Part shown: piece by piece, positions 10,333 through 19,399 of the stretch
Layout: every line of letters begins with the position of its first letter
Position numbering within the stretch: position 1 is the first letter of the stretch
Assembly: GCA_963772835.1 (NCBI GenBank)
Contig: CAVYYZ010000024.1
Span: forward strand, 64,001 to 128,000
Length of the DNA stretch: 64,000 bases
Source of the DNA: an uncultured delta proteobacterium
GTDB lineage: Bacteria > Desulfobacterota > Desulfuromonadia > Geobacterales > Pseudopelobacteraceae
Direction: 5' to 3'
Notes under the pieces: model-generated
What the model was told of the DNA's origin: nothing
Database searches by the model: none
What the model saw: only the letters and a program-made list of their open reading frames with translations
Translations under genes and position numbers: made by a program

Positions 10333-10392
10333 CGGGGTGTCAATATTTATCTAAAATAAATAAGTTTATTTCGGATAAATATTGATACCCCG
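10333..10392. repeat. 60-bp palindrome overlapping a candidate sigma70 -35 box for carbonic anhydrase
   Basis: 28-bp arms with 3 mismatches and a 4-nt loop; minus strand TTGACA-17-TAATAA. Confidence 0.7.
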
Positions 10393-10399
10393 TACGAAC

Positions 10400-10434
10400 A
10401 AAAAAGACGAGAGCTGAATTCTACGGCTCTCGTC
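10400..10434 (-). terminator. Intrinsic terminator after Hsp20
   Basis: GACGAGAGCC...AGCTCTCGTC followed by T6 on the minus strand. Confidence 0.75.
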
Positions 10435-10461
10435 CATAACCCGATCTGTCCTGAAGTAGGT

Positions 10462-10908
10462 TTACTTAACCGGGATGCTTATCTGCTTTGGTTTCGTCTC
10501 CTCTTTTTTGGGCAGTGTTATCGTCAGGACCCCTTTTTCGCAACTGGCGGCAACCTTCTCCTGATCCACTGTTGCCGGCAGAGTGAAGCTGCGCTGAAAA
10601 CTGCCGAAATACCTCTCGATACGGTGGTAATTCTCTTTTTTTACCTCATCTTCATGTTTGCGCTCCCCCTTCAGAATCAGGGTGCTGTCTTCAATACGGA
10701 CATCGATATCTTTCTGGTCTACATCGGGCAGTTCGGCTTTTATTACGATCGAATCCGCCGTTTCATAAATATCGACCGCCGGTTGCCAGAGCCCCTCTTT
10801 GATGTCTTCACTGGGCAGATCGTTGTTCCATGAGAGGTTGAGGAGCCTGTTCATCTGGTCCTGCATGCTGCGCAAATCCCTGAGCGGGTTATACTTTACC
10901 AGTGCCAT
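10462..10908 (-). CDS. Small heat-shock protein, Hsp20/alpha-crystallin
   Basis: WQPAVDIYET, AELP, ERYFGSFQRSFTLP, GVLTITLPK; GGAGG RBS. Confidence 0.93.
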   Translation of the reverse strand: MALVKYNPLRDLRSMQDQMNRLLNLSWNNDLPSEDIKEGLWQPAVDIYETADSIVIKAELPDVDQKDIDVRIEDSTLILKGERKHEDEVKKENYHRIERYFGSFQRSFTLPATVDQEKVAASCEKGVLTITLPKKEETKPKQISIPVK

Positions 10909-10944
10909 GATGGTATCCTCCTTTGAATCCGGTGTAATTGAGAA

Positions 10945-10988
10945 ATGCTCCGATACTTTGAGCATAATCACGATTTATGAATTGTCAA
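10945..10988 (-). promoter_or_regulatory. Hsp20 promoter candidate with an overlapping inverted repeat
   Basis: TTGACA-16-TATGCT; ATGCTC-N9-GAGCAT overlaps the -10 box. Confidence 0.5.
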
Positions 10989-11007
10989 GCCCCCGAGCGG
11001 AACAACA

Positions 11008-11736
11008 TCAACCACATGTCTGGCGGAGGAATTCCAGGCTTTTCAGCTTTCTTGCAGAGTGAACGACCAGCGACTCATCCAGCAGGAAACCGCCTGAAAG
11101 AAGCGACTCCTCATCAAATGTCACCTGCCCGAAACGACTGGTAGCCAGGCAGGTTATCAGACGCTGCAGCGAGGCAGACGTCATCTCACGGCCTGTTGCG
11201 GCACAGAAGCGGCACAGCAGTTCACCCTCCGGCTGAACAAGGGCCCCACGCTCACCAAAATCAGAGCCGCAGCGGCTGCACCCGTCAAGAGAAGGGCGGT
11301 ATCCGAGGATGTTGAGCAGATTTATTTCAAACATTCTGCGGTCCGACTCGTCAATATGGCCGGCGTCAAGGCGTTCAAGATAAGATGCCAGCAGACGGTA
11401 CAGCCGCGGCAGCGGGTGCCCTTCCGGGGTGAGGCACTCCACCAGTTCGCAGGCGTACAATCCATGGGCAATCGCTCCGAGCCCGCTCCGGATACCGGAA
11501 TAGAGGGTTATTACATCAGCGCTTCGCAGGGAAGAGAGGCCGTCCTTATGGTTCAACTGGATATTGATCCGGGCAAATGGTTCCAGGGCCGGGCCGAAAC
11601 GTTTGCGACTGTTGCGGGCTCCGCGGGCAAAACCTTTGAGGCGGCCATGTTCAAGCGTGAACAGCGACACGATCCGGTCACTTTCACCATAGTCGGAATT
11701 TGAGAGCACGAACGCTTGTAGCTTTTCCAGTTGCAT
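11008..11736 (-). CDS. recO: DNA repair protein RecO
   Basis: DYGESDRIVSLFTLEHG, ARGAR, GYRPSL and CxxC...CxxC zinc finger. Confidence 0.92.
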   Translation of the reverse strand: MQLEKLQAFVLSNSDYGESDRIVSLFTLEHGRLKGFARGARNSRKRFGPALEPFARINIQLNHKDGLSSLRSADVITLYSGIRSGLGAIAHGLYACELVECLTPEGHPLPRLYRLLASYLERLDAGHIDESDRRMFEINLLNILGYRPSLDGCSRCGSDFGERGALVQPEGELLCRFCAATGREMTSASLQRLITCLATSRFGQVTFDEESLLSGGFLLDESLVVHSARKLKSLEFLRQTCG

Positions 11737-11842
11737 GGTTGGTCTCTGCTGTTCCGGCCGGTGAGAATATGGTAATAAGTCACAAAACTATGATACACTT
11801 TCGCCGTACGAAGTGTAGAACAATTTATTGAAGGTTATCCGC

Positions 11843-14257
11843 ATGATTGCATCTGAAACGCTTGTCCGGCTCGAATTCGACAAGCTTCTGACTGAAATTT
11901 CCAAACACGCCCACAGTTCCTCAACGGTTGAGCGGATTCTCCGCATCCGTCCGCTCACCGACCTTCAGGAAATCAGGGCCATATCGGGACGGGTCGGCGA
12001 GATTCGCTCCCTTGACCGTTCGGGTATCCCGCTTGCGCTGGGGAGTTTTGACGACATCCTCCCGTCTCTCGAACGTGTAAGGCCGGTCGGTGCCATACTG
12101 GCGCCGCAGGAGCTGTTGTATTTTATTCCGGTTCTTCGCCTGTACGCCGCTCTGGAGCGCCAGTTTGGACACCGTGACGACATTCCCCTGTTGAAAGCAA
12201 TTGAACCGCAGCTGCAGGGCTTTCCTGATATCCTTGAACCGCTCGTGGCATCTATTGATGCCGATGGCAGCATCATGGATTCCGCTTCGACCCTGCTTAA
12301 GGAGACCCGACGTGCCAAACGCGGGCTGGCGGGGCGGATCCGTAAAAAAATCGAAGAGATTATCCGGGACAACGGCATTGAAAAGTTCCTTCAGGATGAC
12401 TTCATCACGCAACGCTCCGGCCGCTGGGTTATCCCGGTGCGCATGGATTCCAAAGGGATGGTCAGGGGAGTGGTGCATGATGTCTCATCCTCGGGTGAAA
12501 CCGCTTTCATGGAACCGCTGGAGATCATTCCCTTTGTAAATGAACTGGAAAATCTGACAGCCGAAGAGAAGGCCGAAGAGATTCGTATTCTGCGCCAGCT
12601 CTCAGGCTGGATACGTGAAGATGCGGGCCGGATTACCGACTGTTTTACAACACTGCTGGAGCTGGATCTGCTGAATAGTATCGCCCGGTTTGCACTCGAC
12701 TACGATCTCGAACCTGCCGCACTTAACGAACAGGGTGAACTGCATCTGATCGAGGCCCGACACCCGCTGCTTCTGATGATGCAGAGGCGGGGGGGGGTGA
12801 AAAATGTCGAGCCGCTCGGGCTGAAGCTGGGCGGTGCCGCTCCAGAGTCAGATTCGGTCATGGTCATCACCGGGCCCAACGCCGGAGGTAAGACGATCGC
12901 CCTCAAAACGGCCGGTATGCTGGCGTTAATGGCACTCAGCGGTCTGCCGGTCCCGGCAGGCCGCCGCTCAACTTTTCCACTCATCGATTCTCTCCTGGTG
13001 GATATCGGAGATGAACAATCGATAGAGCAGAGCCATTCCACCTTTTCGGCCCATGCCGCGAGGATTACCGCCATCCTTCAGCAGAGTGGCGCCCGTACGC
13101 TGGTGCTGCTGGACGAGCTGGGTGCGGGTACCGAGCCGCTGCAGGGGGCGGCAATCGCCTGCGGTGTCCTCCATGAACTGCAGCTGCAGGGGAGCATGGT
13201 GATTGCTACCACGCACCTGAGTGATATTATCGGATTTGTCCACCAGACGCCCGGCATGATCAACGCCGGGATGGCATTCGACGATGCCAGTTTCACCCCG
13301 CTCTACCGGCTGATCGTCGGAGAACCGGGGCAGTCCCATGCCGTGGAGATCGCCCGCCGTTTCGGAATGCCGGAGCGGGTGATCGCTTTTGCACGCCGGA
13401 TGCTCGGCAACGCCGGCAGCGAATTCGCGGGACTGTTAACCGAACTGCGCCAGCGGAGAAGTGAGTATGAAAAACTTCGCACATCTCTTGATGTTCGGGC
13501 ACAATCGCTTGACAGACGGAGTGCGGATCTTGATGCCCGGGCTGATGAAGTACTCCGGATCCGTAAGGAGGCTGCCGAGAAGGGATGGAACGATGCAAAA
13601 GAGTTGATTTCCGACACGAGACGCCGTACGAATGCGCTGCTTGACCGGTTGAAACGGGAGACGCGGAGTGAGATTGTTGATGAACTGCATCAGGTTGAGA
13701 CTGATCTGGTAACGCAGCTTAAGCCGGTGGCGACAGAACCGGAACCGGTACCATTGGATTCAGTCAGACCGGGAGACCCGGTTCATATCGGCTCATTGGG
13801 ATATGATGGCGTCGTGCTGTCGCTGGATAGCCGTCAGGCCAAGGCGCGGGTGAGGGCCGGAAGAATGGAGCTGGATGTACCTCTGTCCGCCCTGTCCCGG
13901 CCGCGGGCAGGGGCAGGGCGAAGCGTTAAGAAACCTGTCGCCCCGTCCTGGAGGATGGATATTGTCGAGAGTGAACAGCATGAGTTGAAGCTGATCGGAA
14001 TGCGGGTTGAAGAGGCGCTGGCGGAGTTGGAGCCGTTTATTAATCATGCCGCCGCTGCCGGTCTGAGCGAGCTCCGGGTTATCCACGGGGTCGGGAGTGG
14101 TCGGTTGCGGGATGCCGTGAGAGAGGAACTGGAACGGCATCTGCTGGTTGAGAGACAGCGTCCCGGTGAACCGCATGAAGGGCGCGATGGTGTCACGATA
14201 GTTACGTTGAAAACGAGAGGGCAGGGGTGCATTTCCGGAGGAAACTATGCCGCATAA
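11843..14257 (+). CDS. mutS2: MutS2 (ATPase + KOW + Smr)
   Basis: LEFDK N-terminus, HDVSSSGET, GPNAGGKT, DIGDEQSIEQ, DELGAGTEP, Smr IHGVGSG. Confidence 0.92.
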   Translation: MIASETLVRLEFDKLLTEISKHAHSSSTVERILRIRPLTDLQEIRAISGRVGEIRSLDRSGIPLALGSFDDILPSLERVRPVGAILAPQELLYFIPVLRLYAALERQFGHRDDIPLLKAIEPQLQGFPDILEPLVASIDADGSIMDSASTLLKETRRAKRGLAGRIRKKIEEIIRDNGIEKFLQDDFITQRSGRWVIPVRMDSKGMVRGVVHDVSSSGETAFMEPLEIIPFVNELENLTAEEKAEEIRILRQLSGWIREDAGRITDCFTTLLELDLLNSIARFALDYDLEPAALNEQGELHLIEARHPLLLMMQRRGGVKNVEPLGLKLGGAAPESDSVMVITGPNAGGKTIALKTAGMLALMALSGLPVPAGRRSTFPLIDSLLVDIGDEQSIEQSHSTFSAHAARITAILQQSGARTLVLLDELGAGTEPLQGAAIACGVLHELQLQGSMVIATTHLSDIIGFVHQTPGMINAGMAFDDASFTPLYRLIVGEPGQSHAVEIARRFGMPERVIAFARRMLGNAGSEFAGLLTELRQRRSEYEKLRTSLDVRAQSLDRRSADLDARADEVLRIRKEAAEKGWNDAKELISDTRRRTNALLDRLKRETRSEIVDELHQVETDLVTQLKPVATEPEPVPLDSVRPGDPVHIGSLGYDGVVLSLDSRQAKARVRAGRMELDVPLSALSRPRAGAGRSVKKPVAPSWRMDIVESEQHELKLIGMRVEEALAELEPFINHAAAAGLSELRVIHGVGSGRLRDAVREELERHLLVERQRPGEPHEGRDGVTIVTLKTRGQGCISGGNYAA

Positions 14258-16175
14258 TAAAATTGGAGAGATGCTGATCCATTCCAAGCTGGTCAGTCAG
14301 GAACAGTTCGATCAGGCACTTCAGAAACAGCAGTATTACCCCACGCTGCCGATCGGCCAGATTCTCTGTCAGATGGGTTTTCTGAAAGCCAAAGACCTGG
14401 AATACGTTCTCGATCACAACAATAAACGCCGCAAGCTGGGAGAAATACTGATCGCGCAGAACCTGATCAATGAGGAACGGCTGGCCAGTGCCCTTCAAGT
14501 CAGTAAAACTGAAAAAATTCCTCTTGGCAAGGCATTGATCAGACAGCACCTTCTGGAAGAAGAGCAGGTCGCACGGGCAGTTGCTACACAATTTGATCTG
14601 AAATTCGTCAGTCTGGCGGGCGTCCGCCTCGACCAGGAAATGTCCGGATTTATCAATGCGTCGTTTGCACAGCGCCACCGTATCGTGCCTATCAGGTGCA
14701 GGGATAACTGTCTGACGATTGCCATGGCATACCCGCTGCAGCGCGATGAATTTGCCCAGCTTGAGGGGTGGTGCAGGATGCGTGTCGACGCCGTCATTGC
14801 CAAAGAGAGTGATATTCTCGTTGCCCAGCAGAAAGTATTCCGGCTGAACGGATTGGCAAGCCACGAGGAGCTCAACTTCGAGTTGTCAGAGGACCAGATA
14901 CGTGAAAGCGGGAGGTCGAAATACGTCAATGATTTTATCAGCGCCGATGTGGATTTTCTGGTTAAACGTATTATCACCAACGGGATACGCGACGGTGCCA
15001 GTGATATCCATCTGGAATCTACTGAACACGGCATGCAGGTACGCTACCGTATTGACGGAATCCTGCAGACAATTGAAATGGGCGCTGACGAGGCATTGGT
15101 CAGTCTGAATTCCCGGCAGATTATCTCCAAAATAAAGATCATGTGCGATATGGATATCGCGGAGCGCCGGAGACCTCAGGACAGCAGTTTTAAAATGAAA
15201 GTATCAAAGGAGGGAATTGTTCGCGGAGTTGATTTCCGTGTTTCTTCAATACCGACCCAATACGGCGAGAATGTTGTTGTCAGGATTCTGGACAAACGGA
15301 GTGGCGCCGTAACTCTAGAGGCGCTGGGGTATACTCCCGAACATGTCACGGCACTCTATCAGGCGCTGGATAAACCTACCGGCATCTTTCTGGTGACCGG
15401 TCCGACCGGGTCCGGGAAATCATCCACACTGTACGCGATACTCTCGCGCATCAACACTCCCAGCGTCAAAACGCTCACCATTGAGGATCCGATTGAATAC
15501 GCTATCGACGGAATTACGCAGACCGAAACCAATGAAATAATCGGTAACTCATTTCCCCGTCTGCTGCGCGCCTTCCTGCGCCAGGATCCTGATAATATTA
15601 TGGTAGGCGAGATCCGCGACCTTGAGACCGCCACAATCTCCATGCGTGCGGCCCTGACCGGCCATACGGTGCTTTCAACCCTGCATACCAACGATGCAAC
15701 CAGTGCCGTAACGCGTCTTGTCGACATGGGAGTGGAGCCGAGCCTGATTGCAACGTCCCTGCGCTGTGTCCTGGCGCAACGGTTGGTACGCCATATCTGT
15801 CGCAAGTGTCGGGTACAGTATACTCCTGCGGAACAGATTCTGATGCAATTTGGAATTCCGGGAAATAGCGGCATGAAATTTATTCAGGGGAAGGGGTGTT
15901 CGGCATGCAATTTTACCGGATTCAGCGGCCGCCTCCCGATCGTTGAACTGTGGATACCCACCCGTGACGAACTGCTGATGTTCAACCGTCGCCCCGATAA
16001 TCAGACTCTTCGGGAGACGGTGTTTGTGCAGTCACACCGTCCGACGATGATTGAAGACGGGTTCCGTCGGGTGCGGGCCGGAGAAACGACATTGGAGGAA
16101 TTGTTGCGCGTCGTCCCGTTTGAACAGATTGAGGTCGGGAGAGAAAAAATCACCCGCCTGTTTGCAGCGAAATAA
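14247..16175 (+). CDS. GspE/PilB-family secretion/pilus assembly ATPase with MshEN-like N-terminal repeats
   Basis: ASDIHLE, DIAERRRPQD, GPTGSGKS, TIEDPIE, LRQDPD, MVGEIRD, TGH..STLH, CxxC...CxxC. Confidence 0.9.
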   Translation: MPHNKIGEMLIHSKLVSQEQFDQALQKQQYYPTLPIGQILCQMGFLKAKDLEYVLDHNNKRRKLGEILIAQNLINEERLASALQVSKTEKIPLGKALIRQHLLEEEQVARAVATQFDLKFVSLAGVRLDQEMSGFINASFAQRHRIVPIRCRDNCLTIAMAYPLQRDEFAQLEGWCRMRVDAVIAKESDILVAQQKVFRLNGLASHEELNFELSEDQIRESGRSKYVNDFISADVDFLVKRIITNGIRDGASDIHLESTEHGMQVRYRIDGILQTIEMGADEALVSLNSRQIISKIKIMCDMDIAERRRPQDSSFKMKVSKEGIVRGVDFRVSSIPTQYGENVVVRILDKRSGAVTLEALGYTPEHVTALYQALDKPTGIFLVTGPTGSGKSSTLYAILSRINTPSVKTLTIEDPIEYAIDGITQTETNEIIGNSFPRLLRAFLRQDPDNIMVGEIRDLETATISMRAALTGHTVLSTLHTNDATSAVTRLVDMGVEPSLIATSLRCVLAQRLVRHICRKCRVQYTPAEQILMQFGIPGNSGMKFIQGKGCSACNFTGFSGRLPIVELWIPTRDELLMFNRRPDNQTLRETVFVQSHRPTMIEDGFRRVRAGETTLEELLRVVPFEQIEVGREKITRLFAAK

Positions 16176-16179
16176 GTAA

Positions 16180-16965
16180 TCACCCGATCCGGAGTGAACG
16201 CATGGAGATTGACCCCATCGGCACACCTTCTGCGAAGAACGAAGCATGCTCGTCCGGTTGTTGCAACGCCAGTATATAGAGCAACGGCAGGAAATGTTCG
16301 TTGGTCGGTATCGAAAGCCGGGACGACTCACCCAGCAAAGTGTAATCCACCAGACGTTCATGTTCACCGGTCAGGATCAGATCAGCAACCAATCGATCGA
16401 ACTCTTCAGCCCAGGGATATGGTTTGTCGGCGCTCCATTGCAGCATCCGCAGGTTATGGACAATATTGCCGCTCCCTACAATCAGTATCCCCTCACTGCG
16501 CAGTGCAGACAGCACGGCCCCCCGATCATAGTGGAAGCGCGGCAGCTGCGTCCGGTCAAGGCTGAGCTGCACGGTTGGAATATCAGCTTCCGGATACATG
16601 CGCCGGAGCACCGACCAGGCGCCGTGGTCCAACCCCCACACATTGCCGTTATCCATATGTACTGCGGTGGATGTGATAAGCGACCGCACCCGATGTGCCA
16701 ATTCAGGTGAACCGGGGGCCGGGTACTGAATCCGGTATAATTCATCGGGAAATCCATAAAAGTCGTGGATTGTCTTTGGCCGGTCCATCGCGGTGACGAA
16801 CGTCCCGGCGGTCTCCCAGTGAGCCGAGATGCAGAGAATGCCTTTCGGCCTCGGGATCGAAGCGGCTGCTTCCCGCCAGGCGGCAACATATCCGTTTTCC
16901 TCGATGGCGTTCATCGGGCTGCCGTGGCCGATGAAGAGAGCCGGCATGAGCTGGTTTGAGTGCAT
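16180..16965 (-). CDS. ygiD: 4,5-DOPA extradiol dioxygenase (LigB/YgiD family)
   Basis: MPALFIGHGSPMNA, SAHWET, HDFYGFP, GLDHGAW, GSGNIVHNL, PTNEHFLP; ATG overlaps the ovoA stop (TAATG). Confidence 0.9.
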   Translation of the reverse strand: MHSNQLMPALFIGHGSPMNAIEENGYVAAWREAAASIPRPKGILCISAHWETAGTFVTAMDRPKTIHDFYGFPDELYRIQYPAPGSPELAHRVRSLITSTAVHMDNGNVWGLDHGAWSVLRRMYPEADIPTVQLSLDRTQLPRFHYDRGAVLSALRSEGILIVGSGNIVHNLRMLQWSADKPYPWAEEFDRLVADLILTGEHERLVDYTLLGESSRLSIPTNEHFLPLLYILALQQPDEHASFFAEGVPMGSISMRSLRIG

Positions 16966-19079
16966 TATTTGACTCCCAGTTCCCATACAGTCAGCTGGGC
17001 CACGGTATGCTGAAATTTTCTCCTCGTTTCGCGGATAACGAACGGCACATCACGCGGCTCCCCCCGCAGGCGAAAATGCGGCGCCAAAGTTTCCTTCAAG
17101 CCGTCCAGCGACCAGACCGGTTCGCCCGCATCGCGGTACCCTCCCAGCCACTCCTCTTTTTTTGTATACTCCTCCAGCCAGGTATAGGGAGAGGTCAACA
17201 CCAGAAGTCCGCCCGGATTCATCCGCTCATGAACGGTCGCAAGAAACCGGCGCGGCGAGTAGAGCCGGTCTATCAGGTTGGCGGCAAGGATCAGGTCGTA
17301 GCCGCAGAATTTTTCGGGAAGGTTGCAGGCGTCGCCCTGGAAAAACGTCACCCGGTCACGCGCATCCTCCAGCCCCAGGTCTCTCAGGGTGATTTCATGG
17401 AATGAGACAATCTCCCCCTCTTCCGGCAGTGCATAGCGGAGAGAGCCTTCAGCCTGCATCCGTGCCGCGAGCCGGAAAAATCTGGTGGAAAAATCCAGCC
17501 CGGTCACCCGGTCAAACCCGCCGTGCGCCAACTCAAACGCTGACCTTCCGAGGGCACAGCCGAGATCAAGGGCATGTCCCATTGTTCGCCCCTGCATCAT
17601 CTCCAGGGAAATGACGGCACAGCTCTCCGGAAAATTGGCCACGCCGAAGTGGGCCGGTCCGTAATGGGCATCGCAGTACTGGGCCGTCAGGGCATCGCTT
17701 TCGTACTGATCATCATGGATGACAATCGGTGCGGAGCTCTCCACATAGCGGAACCCGGCATGCTGGAAAAAGTGCCGACGGAAGGCATACCGTGCATCAC
17801 GCGTTGCCTCGTTTCCGGTTGAAATCCATGATCCTCCCTTGATCAGATTGTGGCGTTTGTCGAACGTCGGGGTGGAAAAATCATCGTACCAGGGGTGTAT
17901 CTCGAACCCGCGGAAAGGGTAGATCGGGGTTTCTGTCCATTGCCAGACGTTACCGATCACGTCGAAGAATTCGCCGTTTCTGAACCTGTCGACCGGACAG
18001 GAGGAAGACCACCATTCCAGGTTGATGTTGCCCGGTGCCCGGTCCCAGAAAGGTTGATCGGGGATGGTGCAGATGTCCCGGAGACGGCTCCATTCATCCT
18101 CATCCGGCAGACGGACCGGAGCTCCGCTTTCGGCCGATTTCCAGCTGCAGAATGCTTTGGCCTCCAGATAATTGACCTCAACCGGCCAGTTCCAGGGGAG
18201 CGCGATTTCAGAAGCCATGGTCCGCAACTTCCAGACATCGGCGTCCTTGATCCAGAACAATGGATGTCCGGCCTGCCTGAACTCACGCCAGTTCCACCCC
18301 TCATCACTCCACCATTGACGTTCGAAGTACCCTCCCGCCTCGACGAACTCCAGAAATTCCCGGTTGGAGGTCAGATATTGTGCGGCCTTAAAGCCGGATA
18401 CTTCGGCTTCATGGACGCCGTACTCGTTATCCCAGCCATAGAGTGGGTGATCTTTCGCTTTGCCGAGTATGACAGTCCCCCCCGCGACGTCCAGGAGACG
18501 GTTTGCGGGAGGTTCACCGGAATCGGTGCAGATATCCCAGAAAGAGAGCTGCTGCACCTGACCAATCGGCAGCTGACGGATCAGAACAGAGGATGTTTCA
18601 AGGTGGATGCGCTGGTGTTCGATCCCCATAATGATCCCCCAGAATGGTTCTTCCCAGGAGATCGGGAGAGTCAGCGGCAGGGTGCGGATCAACCCGTCAA
18701 CCATTTCGCGGACCTTGTCACGGTACTCCTTCACCTCCCCGCGGGTCGGCCAGTCGTAATGGGATTCATTCAGGTCATCCCACGACATTTCGTCCACCCC
18801 GACAGCAAACATCGATTCGAAGCGGGGGTTGATGCGCCGGTCAATGACCCGGGCGACCGTCAGTTTGTTGATGAAGAAGGTAGCGGTATGTCCGAAATAA
18901 AAAATCAGAGGGTGGCGCAGCCGGTCGGCCCGCAGGTAAAACGTGTCGTCGTATCGAAGCGTTTCGTAAAGTTTCTCGTCAATATCGTATGTGGCGTGGA
19001 AATACTCAAGAATCTCGGCCCGCTTCTGCTCCGGGTCTCCACTGTTGAGGATGGGGGTATGTGTTGTGCGCAGATCCAT
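16965..19079 (-). CDS. ovoA: 5-histidylcysteine sulfoxide synthase / methyltransferase OvoA (ovothiol biosynthesis)
   Basis: RHPLIFYFGHT, GVDEMSWDD, iron motif HQRIHLE, FGE-sulfatase domain (GNVWQWT, FRRHFFQHAGFR), C-terminal SAM MTase (LDLGCALG, RETRRKFQH). Confidence 0.9.
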   Translation of the reverse strand: MDLRTTHTPILNSGDPEQKRAEILEYFHATYDIDEKLYETLRYDDTFYLRADRLRHPLIFYFGHTATFFINKLTVARVIDRRINPRFESMFAVGVDEMSWDDLNESHYDWPTRGEVKEYRDKVREMVDGLIRTLPLTLPISWEEPFWGIIMGIEHQRIHLETSSVLIRQLPIGQVQQLSFWDICTDSGEPPANRLLDVAGGTVILGKAKDHPLYGWDNEYGVHEAEVSGFKAAQYLTSNREFLEFVEAGGYFERQWWSDEGWNWREFRQAGHPLFWIKDADVWKLRTMASEIALPWNWPVEVNYLEAKAFCSWKSAESGAPVRLPDEDEWSRLRDICTIPDQPFWDRAPGNINLEWWSSSCPVDRFRNGEFFDVIGNVWQWTETPIYPFRGFEIHPWYDDFSTPTFDKRHNLIKGGSWISTGNEATRDARYAFRRHFFQHAGFRYVESSAPIVIHDDQYESDALTAQYCDAHYGPAHFGVANFPESCAVISLEMMQGRTMGHALDLGCALGRSAFELAHGGFDRVTGLDFSTRFFRLAARMQAEGSLRYALPEEGEIVSFHEITLRDLGLEDARDRVTFFQGDACNLPEKFCGYDLILAANLIDRLYSPRRFLATVHERMNPGGLLVLTSPYTWLEEYTKKEEWLGGYRDAGEPVWSLDGLKETLAPHFRLRGEPRDVPFVIRETRRKFQHTVAQLTVWELGVK

Positions 19080-19399
19080 GAAGTTTCCTCCGTGTGAAAA
19101 TACCGGTGGAAGTATACCCGAATTTTACGCTGCAAACAATAACCCTTAAAAAGGATTTAATCGCCGATGAATGCGTATAAACACCTCTGTGCGTCGATTC
19201 TTTTGAAGGATTTTCAAATATTGTCGTGTAACAAAACAGGAGAATCGGTTTATTACACTGGTGCTGTTATCCCCGGAGTACATCCGTTTGTTTCGGAGGT
19301 TAGAACAGTCTGTTGCATAAGCGGAGTATTTTATTCTGTGACAGCAGCTTAGTGAGTATGTAATATCATCGTATCAGAACGTACGGAGGATCTACCACC

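Noticed and set aside
16965..19079. Selenium variant (ovoselenol/selenoneine) or ergothioneine EgtB
   Set aside because: No selenophosphate synthetase or SenB-like neighbour, and the fused C-terminal methyltransferase fits OvoA
17850..19097. 415-aa plus-strand ORF, and similar long ORFs at 7217..8095, 19724..21097, 38467..39414, 52666..53541 and 60477..61463
   Set aside because: Antisense shadows of well-supported genes, with no recognisable motifs
19080..19399. SAM or cobalamin riboswitch upstream of metH/ovoA
   Set aside because: No SAM-I core or B12 box visible by eye; an Rfam scan would settle it
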